Positions 37,809 to 47,306 of a stretch of 64,000 bases of DNA are shown here, piece by piece; the stretch's first letter is position 1, and every line of letters starts with the position of its first letter. The notes under the pieces were generated by a model. It did not search any database and was not told where the DNA came from. It saw only the letters and a program-made list of their open reading frames with translations. Position numbers and translations under genes: made by a program. Source of the DNA: a virus. Lineage: Duplodnaviria; Caudoviricetes. The DNA lies in IMG/VR virus record IMGVR_UViG_3300013383_000026, positions 21,954 through 85,953 of that record; one strand, 5' to 3'.

Positions 37809-39083
37809 TTAACCTCCTAACATACTTGTAACAGTTATAGATTTAGTTTCAGTGTATACTATATCGCCGTTATCATCTTTGACTTCAATACTATATTCAA
37901 CCGGCATAGAGCTAATCTTAACACCAGTAAATTTATATGTATTTATACCAATAGATATAATAGATATATTATCACTATTGACATTTATTCCGACTGTTAT
38001 GTTATCTTGTTTGACATTATTTCTATAGAGAGCATATGTTACATCAATAGACTCATATTGTTTAATAATAGATATTTCAGGTTCAGCATTTATACTCCAT
38101 GCATCAGCCGAAGTCTCTACAACTTCAACAGTGCATTGAGCATTAACATCGGGATTGCCTTTAAGATATGCTGTAATAGTGGCTTTATCCCCCACATCGC
38201 CAATAATAATATAAGAACCATCATCAGTAATATTTATTACAGTGTTATCATAATCCCATACTATATCTCGGCTCACTTCATTGCCGTTCAACAAAACAGT
38301 AGTATTAATTTGACCAGTCGCGCCTTTAATCGCTTGAATATCATCACCTATGGCAATCGAATATTCATACGTACCGTTATCAGCCACACCAGTTACAATA
38401 TCATCACCATCATGTAATTCATCGAGATATAATTCTAAATATAATAATGTATCGTGTTGTAATGTTAAATCATGTTCAACGGCGTTTTGATAACCCAACA
38501 GCTTAAACGGTCTCCCAGATAGCATATATCTAGTATTCGTCTTAAATAATCTTAATGTATCTTCATTGCCCTGAACCATTACTGTTGCATGATTGCTCGG
38601 TGTATTGATATATCTTGACACTTTAAGACTGCTTGCCGCCATATCATAATTAACTACACATGGTATGCTAAATATAGCCCCATTATCGGGGTCAATTATT
38701 TTTAACCGATTATTACATCTTCTTATACCACATGATTGAACAACTCCATCCCACGGCGTATAGCTATGTACTATCCAATAATTATTCTCAAATTTGTACA
38801 TTAATCCCCACATAGTAGTGTGATTAATATCTCTGAAAACAATCTTATTGAAGTCATAAGGCTGCTTGAGTCCAGTCGTGGTATCAGCAATAGTAGAATC
38901 GATCCATACCTCAAGGCACTTATATTCATTACTGCCAAGCCCTTGCTGTTCTTGTACAGTAACTAAAACCGAAGTATTGTCCCATTGTTCTAATACATAT
39001 TGTTGCTGTTGTTCACGATACATTTCATCGGGCATAGGCTGTGCTTCATTGATTATAGCATTATCAAAAAACTTAAATGCCAT
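37809..39083 (-). CDS. putative head-completion protein with Ig-like C-terminus
   Basis: GIRRCNNRLK motif and beta-rich C-terminal half; neck context. Confidence 0.45.
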   Translation of the reverse strand: MAFKFFDNAIINEAQPMPDEMYREQQQQYVLEQWDNTSVLVTVQEQQGLGSNEYKCLEVWIDSTIADTTTGLKQPYDFNKIVFRDINHTTMWGLMYKFENNYWIVHSYTPWDGVVQSCGIRRCNNRLKIIDPDNGAIFSIPCVVNYDMAASSLKVSRYINTPSNHATVMVQGNEDTLRLFKTNTRYMLSGRPFKLLGYQNAVEHDLTLQHDTLLYLELYLDELHDGDDIVTGVADNGTYEYSIAIGDDIQAIKGATGQINTTVLLNGNEVSRDIVWDYDNTVINITDDGSYIIIGDVGDKATITAYLKGNPDVNAQCTVEVVETSADAWSINAEPEISIIKQYESIDVTYALYRNNVKQDNITVGINVNSDNISIISIGINTYKFTGVKISSMPVEYSIEVKDDNGDIVYTETKSITVTSMLGG

Positions 39084-39367
39084 TAATCACCAGTCCCTTC
39101 CAGCCTATTAATGCTATCAATAAGCCCGAATACGACCGATTTAACCTGTTGATGTGTAGCCTCTCGACCTAATATATATAGACCCTTAATAGAATTATAT
39201 ATCTCATATTGCCCTGAACCTAGCCAATGAATATACATTCTATCTAAGTAGCCTAAATAACTATCAAGATTAACAGGTGAATCAGCCTTATCTATATCCT
39301 CATAAAGCCCTAAAATTTTATAAATTGCATTAATGTCTTGAATTTTACCCATCTTACTACCTCTCAA
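39083..39367 (-). CDS. hypothetical protein
   Basis: Coupled stops and starts with both neighbours. Confidence 0.5.
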   Translation of the reverse strand: MRGSKMGKIQDINAIYKILGLYEDIDKADSPVNLDSYLGYLDRMYIHWLGSGQYEIYNSIKGLYILGREATHQQVKSVVFGLIDSINRLEGTGD

Positions 39368-39792
39368 TAATAAGATGATATATCTTCAAGCTGATATGCT
39401 CTTATTTGTCTATCAACTTCTTCTCGCATTTTATCGGCATATACCGAATTTTCTTTCAAATTCTGAGCCTCGCTATGATTCTTGAATGAGCCGCTATTCT
39501 GTAGATGTATTCTATATAGAGCGTATGTCTGATTATCTTTTAGATACCAATGGACAGCCCATAAGTAAGCTAATATCTTTTGCTCTGTTTGCGTTAAATC
39601 TGATTCAAATGTACGCGTCTCAGTATCATAAGCAAGGTCTTGCCGACAATCCTTAAAATCTTGAACAGCTCTTATTAAAAAGCCATCACAATATCGCTTG
39701 AAGCCGTCAATATCTTTATCATATAATTTCCGTAAACGATAATCGTTTACGTCTATTAGGGCTAAATCTATCACCGAATCAAACTCGGTCAT
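39364..39792 (-). CDS. putative head-tail adaptor
   Basis: FESDLTQTEQKILAYL...FKNHSEAQNL; position after the capsid gene. Confidence 0.45.
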   Translation of the reverse strand: MTEFDSVIDLALIDVNDYRLRKLYDKDIDGFKRYCDGFLIRAVQDFKDCRQDLAYDTETRTFESDLTQTEQKILAYLWAVHWYLKDNQTYALYRIHLQNSGSFKNHSEAQNLKENSVYADKMREEVDRQIRAYQLEDISSYY

Positions 39793-39805
39793 GGTTTATC
39801 ACCCC

Positions 39806-40465
39806 TTAATTTTCCATTTGTTCTATGTTAATTAAATCCTTGCCGCAAAGCTTGCCAAGTTGCATAAGTATATTTGCATCAACAAGTTGACCATTAATAA
39901 GCCGCCCAGAAATCATATTAATAATAATATCCTTCTGTTCATCATTTGCATTACGATATATCTCACATACATCAGTCGCATTCCGACTAAGTAACTTCTC
40001 AAGGTCAGTATTGCTCAGTAAATCAGCATAAACATCATCAAGCTCACATTCCTCAACAAAGTCGTGGTCAGCTATATAAAGTAAGCCACTAGAAACCGAC
40101 TTAGGCATGTTATTAACAACAATCTTAGCCTCAGTCTCAGAAAGCAACTTATAATCAAATTGCTTATCGAGATGATACATTCGAGTACCGCGAATAGTAA
40201 AGCCACCAGCCGTCATATTAATAAACTTAATATTGCGCTTAGTCGGCTTAGTCCCGGACAGTTCACGTGCAGGTATATTAGCCTGAGCTTGCATCATAAG
40301 CTTCATTTGAGCCATAAGCTCATCCATCTTCTGTTGCTGTTCAGCTAATTGTGCCTTCAACTGTTCTTTTTCTGCGTCAACCGCGATTACATTAATATTC
40401 TTATCAACCTCATCAATAACTTGTGATGTTACCTTTGCGCCAGAATTTTTCGGGGGTCTACCCAT
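39806..40465 (-). CDS. hypothetical protein with coiled coil
   Basis: RBS AAGGAG; context after the capsid terminator. Confidence 0.55.
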   Translation of the reverse strand: MGRPPKNSGAKVTSQVIDEVDKNINVIAVDAEKEQLKAQLAEQQQKMDELMAQMKLMMQAQANIPARELSGTKPTKRNIKFINMTAGGFTIRGTRMYHLDKQFDYKLLSETEAKIVVNNMPKSVSSGLLYIADHDFVEECELDDVYADLLSNTDLEKLLSRNATDVCEIYRNANDEQKDIIINMISGRLINGQLVDANILMQLGKLCGKDLINIEQMEN

Positions 40466-40506
40466 ATCTATATTATCTCCTTTTTAATTCCTTTAATTCA
40501 AAAATA

Positions 40507-40533
40507 AGCAGAGAGCCTATATTGACTCTCTGC
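40507..40533 (-). terminator. intrinsic terminator after major capsid gene
   Basis: GCAGAGAG / CTCTCTGC inverted repeat followed by a T tract on the minus strand. Confidence 0.6.
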
Positions 40534-40554
40534 TATATGTGTGTTGTTATTTAA

Positions 40555-42853
40555 TTACTCAGTAATCGAATAAACCCCAGCGAAACTCGCCCCGATAAAT
40601 TCGAACGAGTAGCCCTTGCGCATCGTGAAATTCTGCGAGATGTCAGCGTTCTCATAGAAATCGTTAGAGTTCGTGAGAGCAGTGGACATAACACCAGCAA
40701 CCGGCTTATTAACAGCAGCGCTAACGACATACAGCTTAGTATCGTCAAGGGCAAGACCAAAATCAGCAGAGCCGGTAGGAGCCTGAGGCAGCTCGTACAT
40801 GGGGAAGCCGTAGAAATCCTTAACGTAAGTCACAACAGGCTCACGACCATCAATAACCAGACGTCCACCAAGAGCACTATCGGGAAGAACGTTCATAAGA
40901 GCCGCAGCAGTACCCATGATAACGGGCTTTGCCATCATGTTGTAAGCCTGAACGCGCTGAGCAAGCTGAACAAGCTTCTTGCCGTCAAATGCGCCGGACT
41001 CAACAAACTGAGTGGGATAAGTGGAAGCGCCAAGACCAGTGGTCAGAGCAGCCATAACTTCCTTATTCATATCAATCTCAATAGAGACAACGATAGCGCG
41101 AACAGCCTCAGCAAGGTCATCCTTGCCAGCGAGAACACGAGCCATATCAACATAAGTAGTAATGATGTGCTCAATGGGGCTGAGAACGATGTTGCCAGCG
41201 TACTTGCGCTGTCTAAACGAAGTGCGCTCACCTCTTGCACGTTGTGTTCACATAGATTCGCAATATCTATGCCGTCTTGTAGAGCGCTAAACAAGACTGC
41301 TCATACTTTCATATGAGACCAGATTATTTCTTCATCTTATATATCTAATTCTAATTCAGTATAAGAATGATTACCCCTGACTAAATAATCAATCTTTTCT
41401 TTTATTTGCGTTTGTGTGGGGATGGCCCTTCTACTTTTTATCCTTAATACTTTATAACCTTGAGATTTAACATATTCGTCTCTGCGTCTGTCCTTTTGCA
41501 TATCTCTATGCCAATAAGAACCATCATATTCTACATCGACTTTAACTCCATCAATATCCATAACACAATCCAACAAAGCATCGCCACAAGGCACATTCAT
41601 ATCACAATTACCATAAATGTTAGGTAACATTAAAGCAACTTCTATTTGTTGAGATGAGGTTGGGCAAGTTCCATGTTGATAATAACTATTTAATATTTTC
41701 TCTCTTACTTGTTTTGACGCTAAATGTTTTTTACATCCAAATTTTTCTATACAAGTATTTTCATACTTCTGTGTAAATTCTGGATATTGCAAAGCATGAG
41801 CAACGCCATATATATCTAACATAGAATCTTCCATTTTCTTACTCCAACAATTTTTACAGCAATCCTTACCTTTATGGTAATATTGATGTTTGTATTGTTG
41901 CCTATATGTATTGCCACAATAATCACATATTACATCTACATACTTTTCACTGCCTTTAGTTAAATCTTTCGCTTTAACTAAAAAGACATCAAACAATTTA
42001 GTGAATTTATATCCAAGAGATTCATACCTCTTCCTATTTCGTGCGACCCATTGCATTTCTACTAATTGAATGTTATCAAACATATCCTCATCTCCTTTCT
42101 CTATTATACTATATTTAATTATAAATGTCAAGTTTAGAATATATAAGAGCCATATTTTTCGACCGTCATTAGCTTACGGCCTACTCCTCCATCAGAGGAT
42201 AATCGTTGAACCTATCCCTATTCGGAATGTGGATGCTAAATACCCATTTACATTTACTTAGGATTTAACCATATAAATATCTCTTATGCTTTTTTATACT
42301 TTCGTAGCATATCACGCTTAAGCATATTTCATCTTTACGTTGTAGCGATAAGAGCTTTAGGGATTCAAAGCAGTTAACATGGGATGTTTGCCAGTCACCC
42401 GACAAACAGGGCGGTTGGTTGCCATTAAGCGGCAATCTTGTTACCCTTAGAAACAGTGTAAAGAGTCTTGGGCGGAATCTTGAGATTCACAACATCAGCA
42501 TAACCGACAGTACGAAAATCAACAAAGGGAGCAAAAGTAGCCTGAACATAGCCGGGCAGAACAACATTAACAGCTGCGTTAATAACAGCAAAAGTAGCAA
42601 ATCTAGTCATAGGATTTGCCATCCACATATCCTTGTTCTCGGCAGTCATCTTGCAGCCAGAGAGACGCTCAACCTCAGCAAAGAAAGCATCGCGAACCTT
42701 GCTGGACTTCACAGACAGAGAAACATTGTGGTCATAAGCACCCATCTTGGAATTCCATTCCTCAGCCGCCTTATGATTATGGTAATCGGCAAATGCCTCA
42801 TAAAAATCAGTGTTGCCATTCGCAAACTGAATGATTTCTTCAGATATAACCAT
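40555..42853 (-). CDS. major capsid protein, two exons, ~364 aa spliced
   Basis: Exons 42853-42444 and 41239-40555 (1095 nt); junction LYTVSKGARGERTSFRQRKY; biased high-expression codon usage; follows protease and decoration genes. Confidence 0.8.
41337..42083 (-). CDS. intron-encoded Vsr/EDxHD-like homing endonuclease, paralog of 34130..34999
   Basis: Start moved to ATG 42083 (RBS AAAGGAG); MFDNIQLV..W, CDYCG, DVEYDGSYWH...DRRR...GYKVLRI. Confidence 0.75.
   Translation of the reverse strand: MFDNIQLVEMQWVARNRKRYESLGYKFTKLFDVFLVKAKDLTKGSEKYVDVICDYCGNTYRQQYKHQYYHKGKDCCKNCWSKKMEDSMLDIYGVAHALQYPEFTQKYENTCIEKFGCKKHLASKQVREKILNSYYQHGTCPTSSQQIEVALMLPNIYGNCDMNVPCGDALLDCVMDIDGVKVDVEYDGSYWHRDMQKDRRRDEYVKSQGYKVLRIKSRRAIPTQTQIKEKIDYLVRGNHSYTELELDI
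42103..42131 (-). promoter_or_regulatory. consensus sigma-A promoter inside capsid intron
   Basis: TTGACA-17 nt-TATAAT directly upstream of the endonuclease RBS. Confidence 0.75.
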
Positions 42854-42907
42854 ATTTATATTATCTCCTTTTAATATGTATAATTAAATCAAACAATAAT
42901 TTATAAA

Positions 42908-43393
42908 TTACTGCTTCATCAGAATCCAAGTCTTAACAATCTCACCACCGCAATCAATAGTGTGAGTACCAAGAATCTTGAACGGGTCAGAGTTAGTAGC
43001 AGAGCCAGTCAGCTTACCAGAAGCTGCAACCTTGGCATAACCATTAGCAGCGGGGTCGGCAGTAAACGCGGCAAGGTCAACCTCAATGCAGTCACCAGCA
43101 ACAAGGCGCTTCACAGAGATAGGCTTGCCAGCCTCATTAGTGAAGTAACGAGGGTCATCAAACAGACCAGCCTCAATGCCGTAACCCTGTGCCGGAGTAC
43201 CAGCAATATAAGTGCCGTCACCGCCAGCGGTAACAGTGAACTCATAGCCACCATCATCAGCAAGACCGATTGCACCCAGAGTCAGAAAAGTAGCGTTATC
43301 AATATCGGTAGCAGCGATACCGCAAATATTAAAGGCGTCAATATCCCAGAACGCGCAGCTCGTGCCGTTAAATATAGCATGATTCTTTGCCAT
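42908..43393 (-). CDS. putative capsid decoration/stabilising protein
   Basis: Gly/Ala-rich, capsid-like codon bias, lies between protease and capsid genes. Confidence 0.55.
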   Translation of the reverse strand: MAKNHAIFNGTSCAFWDIDAFNICGIAATDIDNATFLTLGAIGLADDGGYEFTVTAGGDGTYIAGTPAQGYGIEAGLFDDPRYFTNEAGKPISVKRLVAGDCIEVDLAAFTADPAANGYAKVAASGKLTGSATNSDPFKILGTHTIDCGGEIVKTWILMKQ

Positions 43394-43409
43394 TGTTATA
43401 AAATCTCCT

Positions 43410-44198
43410 TTATTCTTTTATTATAATCTTATACATTTGTTTGAAGTCCCTTCTCAGACCTCTTTTAATATAATCTTCGCGCATATTATATCTACCATAA
43501 AACCAACCATTAACCGTGTCTACGGGAATGTTTTCTTGTCTGCAAAATTCACAAACCGATGGATATTCTTTGTCATCGCAAAGCACCCATTTTCTTTTAG
43601 AGAGAATTTCTTGATATTCTACAACTACTCCCAGTGGATGTAATTGTTTGTCAACAAATTCTTTCGGCACGTAACCTATACCTCTAAACCAATTATTCAT
43701 AGTTCCGGGCGATATTCCATAATAGTCCGCGCAATCTTTAATTGAACGAAACAGCTTTCCCCCACAAACTATTTTTCTCGCCTTAGGAGGATTGGGATTC
43801 TCAGCTCTGCGCCTCATTACCTCATTGCTCATAATTCGCCCTTTATTCTTTTCAGATATTTTATCTAATGCTTCTTGCGGTAAAATATTGGTTTCACCAC
43901 CGGCACAAACGTTATATCCAAATAAAGGGTTGTTAGAATTATATTTAGCAATCAATTCTTGCTCTAAAACGCACGCTTCATCAATAGTTAATTTCTCAGC
44001 TACTATAGTATGCTCAAATGCGTTCCAACCATATTTCTGGATTGAAGCATAAAAATGCTTATTGTTATAATAGCCATTACCAGCGCGTCCCCATCTTTCT
44101 TTGGGGTCTACCTTACTAGTAATGCCTACATACCTTTTATTGTTCACAATATTTCTATGAACATATACACAATAAAATGCGCTATCTGTTTTAATCAT
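43410..44198 (-). CDS. free-standing GIY-YIG homing endonuclease
   Basis: CVYVHRNIVNNKRYVGITS...E...GYN; two C-terminal NUMOD/HTH-like repeats; start moved to ATG 44198. Confidence 0.8.
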   Translation of the reverse strand: MIKTDSAFYCVYVHRNIVNNKRYVGITSKVDPKERWGRAGNGYYNNKHFYASIQKYGWNAFEHTIVAEKLTIDEACVLEQELIAKYNSNNPLFGYNVCAGGETNILPQEALDKISEKNKGRIMSNEVMRRRAENPNPPKARKIVCGGKLFRSIKDCADYYGISPGTMNNWFRGIGYVPKEFVDKQLHPLGVVVEYQEILSKRKWVLCDDKEYPSVCEFCRQENIPVDTVNGWFYGRYNMREDYIKRGLRRDFKQMYKIIIKE

Positions 44199-44215
44199 AA
44201 ACATCCTCCTTAATA

Positions 44216-44290
44216 AATATAAAGAGGTGGTTGGTAATTATCCAACAAATCCCCATATGGTGGAGGATGTCTATTCCTCAAACCATTATT
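44216..44290 (-). repeat. 75-bp element, copy 1 (upstream of GIY-YIG gene)
   Basis: 74/75 identical to 46778..46852. Confidence 0.9.
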
Positions 44291-44292
44291 AA

Positions 44293-45795
44293 TTAAATTC
44301 TATCCCAAACAGAATCGCTCTTTTTGGAATTGTTAGAAATGGGAGCCGCAAAGCCCCAAATACTAGTATTTTCTTTCTTAGACTTCTTGTTCTTAGAGGC
44401 TTCAAAAGATGCAGCCTTTACTTTATTAGCCCAGCCGTCAATCTCGGACATCTTACAAAGCATACCTTCTTCACGATAAGCCTTAAACGCCTCATCATCA
44501 AGAAATTCTTTGACTTCAGCCATAATGCCCTCAACAGACTTGGCCTTTTCTTTCTCCTCGACATCAGCCTTAAACTGTCTCAGCTCTTCAAGCTCTTTAT
44601 CTTTCTCCATGATAATATTATCACGTTCTTCTATATCCTGTTCGAGCTTTGCCAGCTTTTCAGCCATATCCTCTTCCTGCTCATCTTCGTCATCAGTTTC
44701 AGCCTTAGACTCGTCTTTGTCGGCCTTACCATCTTCAGTAACGGGCTGATTTACAACTTCCTCAGATTCTGCAAGATTCTGATTCTCATCTGCGGGTTCC
44801 TCAGTTTCAACCTTATCAAATTCAATCTCGTTCATCTTAACATCTTCCTCCTTCCCCTCAGAATCGTCTATATCGAGCTTTTTATATATCCGCTCGATTT
44901 TATTAATAACCTCAGTCTCATCTTCTTGCTTGGCATATGACAGCCCAGCCGCGAGCGCATATCGGTTATAAACTAAAGTATCACCCTCAAAGCACATAAC
45001 AGGATATTTAAGGTGCTCAGACGGCGCATCTTCCCAGCCATCTTCGACAAGCATATATACATCCTTGACAAGTTTAGCTTTATTGGAAGCTTCCATTATT
45101 CTATTTCTCAGGTCGGTTTTGTCTACATCACCCCATGCCTTTTCAGACATAGCCTCTTTAGACTTATCGATCTTATAGGATTTATCAGCCATTGATTGTT
45201 TCCTCTCGTTAACAAATTTTTGTAAAGCGGTAGAAGTGTCTCGTTGTTCTTCAAAAAATCTGTTAGCCTTTTCATCAGAAAAGCGAACAAATGTAATGTC
45301 GGAATCAGGACAACTTGGTTTAACAGTTTTACCAAGTACAGTTACTCCAATGATAACAAAACCGATAACTTCGTTTTCATCATCCTCTGATACAGTAACT
45401 TTCATTTCTACTGAAACAGCCCTATTTGCATCTAAGGCAAATGCTTCACAAAAATCTTTAGCATAAATCTTGGAAATAACTGTATCAACATAAGCCCTAA
45501 GATACCCATCTTCATCATAAATGAATTCAATAGATTGGTCTTTTGGAATTTTGCCAACTATATGCTCATTCTTCGTATGAGTGGTCGGCTCTCCAAATTG
45601 CATATCAGCAACAACCCATTTATCGAGCACGCTCTTCGCGCACTCCGTCAAAACCTTTTCTGAAATTTTTAATTTATGTGAATTTGGTTTTGTCGAAAGA
45701 AAGCCCATACGGGCAATAGCAAACTCTTCATCTGAATAATCATCAAAATCAATTTTTTTTATTTCGTCAATTTCAAAGTTCACTAATCTCTCCAA
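44293..45795 (-). CDS. prohead protease-scaffold fusion (SPbeta YonD-like organisation)
   Basis: N-terminal protease-like region (NSHKLKIS, VSVEM, GVTVLG..P); acidic coiled-coil C-terminus; lies between portal and capsid genes. Confidence 0.65.
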   Translation of the reverse strand: MERLVNFEIDEIKKIDFDDYSDEEFAIARMGFLSTKPNSHKLKISEKVLTECAKSVLDKWVVADMQFGEPTTHTKNEHIVGKIPKDQSIEFIYDEDGYLRAYVDTVISKIYAKDFCEAFALDANRAVSVEMKVTVSEDDENEVIGFVIIGVTVLGKTVKPSCPDSDITFVRFSDEKANRFFEEQRDTSTALQKFVNERKQSMADKSYKIDKSKEAMSEKAWGDVDKTDLRNRIMEASNKAKLVKDVYMLVEDGWEDAPSEHLKYPVMCFEGDTLVYNRYALAAGLSYAKQEDETEVINKIERIYKKLDIDDSEGKEEDVKMNEIEFDKVETEEPADENQNLAESEEVVNQPVTEDGKADKDESKAETDDEDEQEEDMAEKLAKLEQDIEERDNIIMEKDKELEELRQFKADVEEKEKAKSVEGIMAEVKEFLDDEAFKAYREEGMLCKMSEIDGWANKVKAASFEASKNKKSKKENTSIWGFAAPISNNSKKSDSVWDRI

Positions 45796-46760
45796 TCTTC
45801 GGCCTCCTTTCCATCATAGATTTTCCATACATACCCCTTAAACGTTCTATACGTATAACCAGTAACGCTATTGTATTTATTATAGATGGTCTTATATAAT
45901 TGGGAAGCACCTCCATTGTACGCTTTAGTAGCCTCAATTACCGAGTCGTATATTCGTACTAATTCTCCATCTTTTGTGTATTGAGCAATGCTTTTACCAT
46001 AATGTACCCTCGGCGGTAAACGCACTGGTTGCATATGTGTCTGCGGTTCGTTATCATAATAACGAAAAACATATCCGCAACAAAAATACCCATCAAGATT
46101 ACAATTATGTTGTATAGCGCTTTCTGTTCGCCCAACATATTCTCCTGCTTCTTTCGCACTACGGAAACACTTAATTAGACATCCTTCTTTATCGTACATA
46201 GCGACTTTCTTTTTCTTGGAATAAAAAGAAATGGGAGGTATTTTATCAAGTTTCTCATATCGCCACTGATAACCGCAAGATGTTCTCCCAGCAACTCCAA
46301 TGACGTTTTGAATGGCTCCATTGTCAGAGTTTAACCCCATAGCTTTAGAAGCGTCCTTTATGCTCCTATATTCTGCTATAAAGTTCCCGTCCAAGCTATA
46401 TTGATATGCACTGCGCATTTGATGGACACCGCCACCGCCTGCGCCGCCATCATTTAGATTATAACCCTTATCCCCAATAGTCGTCGATTCATAAAACTTA
46501 ATCCAATATTGCTCTCTTTCATAAAGCTCTGATTCATCACATTCTTCTATTATAGAAAACTCGAAAGAATCAACTCCGTACTTCCTCATTGCCCTATAAA
46601 GGACCTTGTCGTAGTCTCTACTATACTTATCTTCTGATAAATTTCGGCCTATCTTTTTGTGCTGTCTCCATCTTCTTTCAATATCGACAGATTGCCCAAT
46701 ATAAATCTTGCCATTTATAATATTTGTAATTTTATAAACTCCGCAAATTTGTTCGTGCAT
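45783..46760 (-). CDS. free-standing GIY-YIG homing endonuclease with NUMOD1 repeats
   Basis: GVYKITNIINGKIYIGQSVDIERRWRQHK; three QYxxDG..I..Y.S..EA repeats; start moved to ATG 46760. Confidence 0.85.
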   Translation of the reverse strand: MHEQICGVYKITNIINGKIYIGQSVDIERRWRQHKKIGRNLSEDKYSRDYDKVLYRAMRKYGVDSFEFSIIEECDESELYEREQYWIKFYESTTIGDKGYNLNDGGAGGGGVHQMRSAYQYSLDGNFIAEYRSIKDASKAMGLNSDNGAIQNVIGVAGRTSCGYQWRYEKLDKIPPISFYSKKKKVAMYDKEGCLIKCFRSAKEAGEYVGRTESAIQHNCNLDGYFCCGYVFRYYDNEPQTHMQPVRLPPRVHYGKSIAQYTKDGELVRIYDSVIEATKAYNGGASQLYKTIYNKYNSVTGYTYRTFKGYVWKIYDGKEAEDWRD

Positions 46761-46777
46761 AAACACCCTCCTCAATG

Positions 46778-46852
46778 AATATAAAGAGGTGGTTAGTAAT
46801 TATCCAACAAATCCCCATATGGTGGAGGATGTCTATTCCTCAAACCATTATT
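46778..46852 (-). repeat. 75-bp element, copy 2 (upstream of GIY-YIG gene)
   Basis: 74/75 identical to 44216..44290. Confidence 0.9.
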
Positions 46853-46854
46853 GA

Positions 46855-47283
46855 TTAATCATCATCTTTAGGATTAGCCATAGAATAATCTATGTCCCAA
46901 CTATCCATTTCATCCAATAGTTCTTTCGCAAAACTATTACCATGTAATCTACCAACATAAATATCTTTAATTTTGAGCAAATATTTATGCTCATACAATG
47001 GAATAGTCTTTGTGTCATAATACTTATAAAAAGCGTCTTTTATGATTCCACGACACTGTTCCCGTGTAAAATCAACGGTAATAGCATTTAATGACTCAAT
47101 AAAATCAAGTTTATCATTAATAGAATTAAGCTTTTCTTCTATTTTAACCATACTATCATCATTGCCGTATTTCTTGAATATATTACCTATAAACGTCTTA
47201 GCCGATTTTGAACAAATTGTGAGTACCGCTGAAAAAGAACAAATTACGCCAAGCACGGCGGCTATGTCTTTTACTATCTCCAC
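46855..47283 (-). CDS. membrane-anchored hypothetical protein (lysis-cassette-associated type)
   Basis: N-terminal hydrophobic helix; IPLYE...Y..LHGNSF motif. Confidence 0.5.
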   Translation of the reverse strand: MEIVKDIAAVLGVICSFSAVLTICSKSAKTFIGNIFKKYGNDDSMVKIEEKLNSINDKLDFIESLNAITVDFTREQCRGIIKDAFYKYYDTKTIPLYEHKYLLKIKDIYVGRLHGNSFAKELLDEMDSWDIDYSMANPKDDD

Positions 47284-47306
47284 ATAGTTTCCTCCTTTCC
47301 AGCAAA

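Larger units (their letters stand above)
41240..42443 (-). mobile_element. group I intron of major capsid gene with homing endonuclease (atypical junction)
   Basis: R GTTCAACGATTATC, S GAAGAAATAATCTG (P7 GAUUA/UAAUC); join TCTAAGGG|TAAC...CAACG|TGCA. Confidence 0.8.

Noticed and set aside
27916-42443. Group II identity for the atypical introns
   Set aside because: No GUGYG start, AY end, domain V or RT; they carry group I P, Q, R and S elements.
40555-43393. Elevated GC in capsid, decoration and major tail exons as horizontal transfer
   Set aside because: It is better explained by high-expression codon bias; the shift tracks the abundant virion genes exactly.
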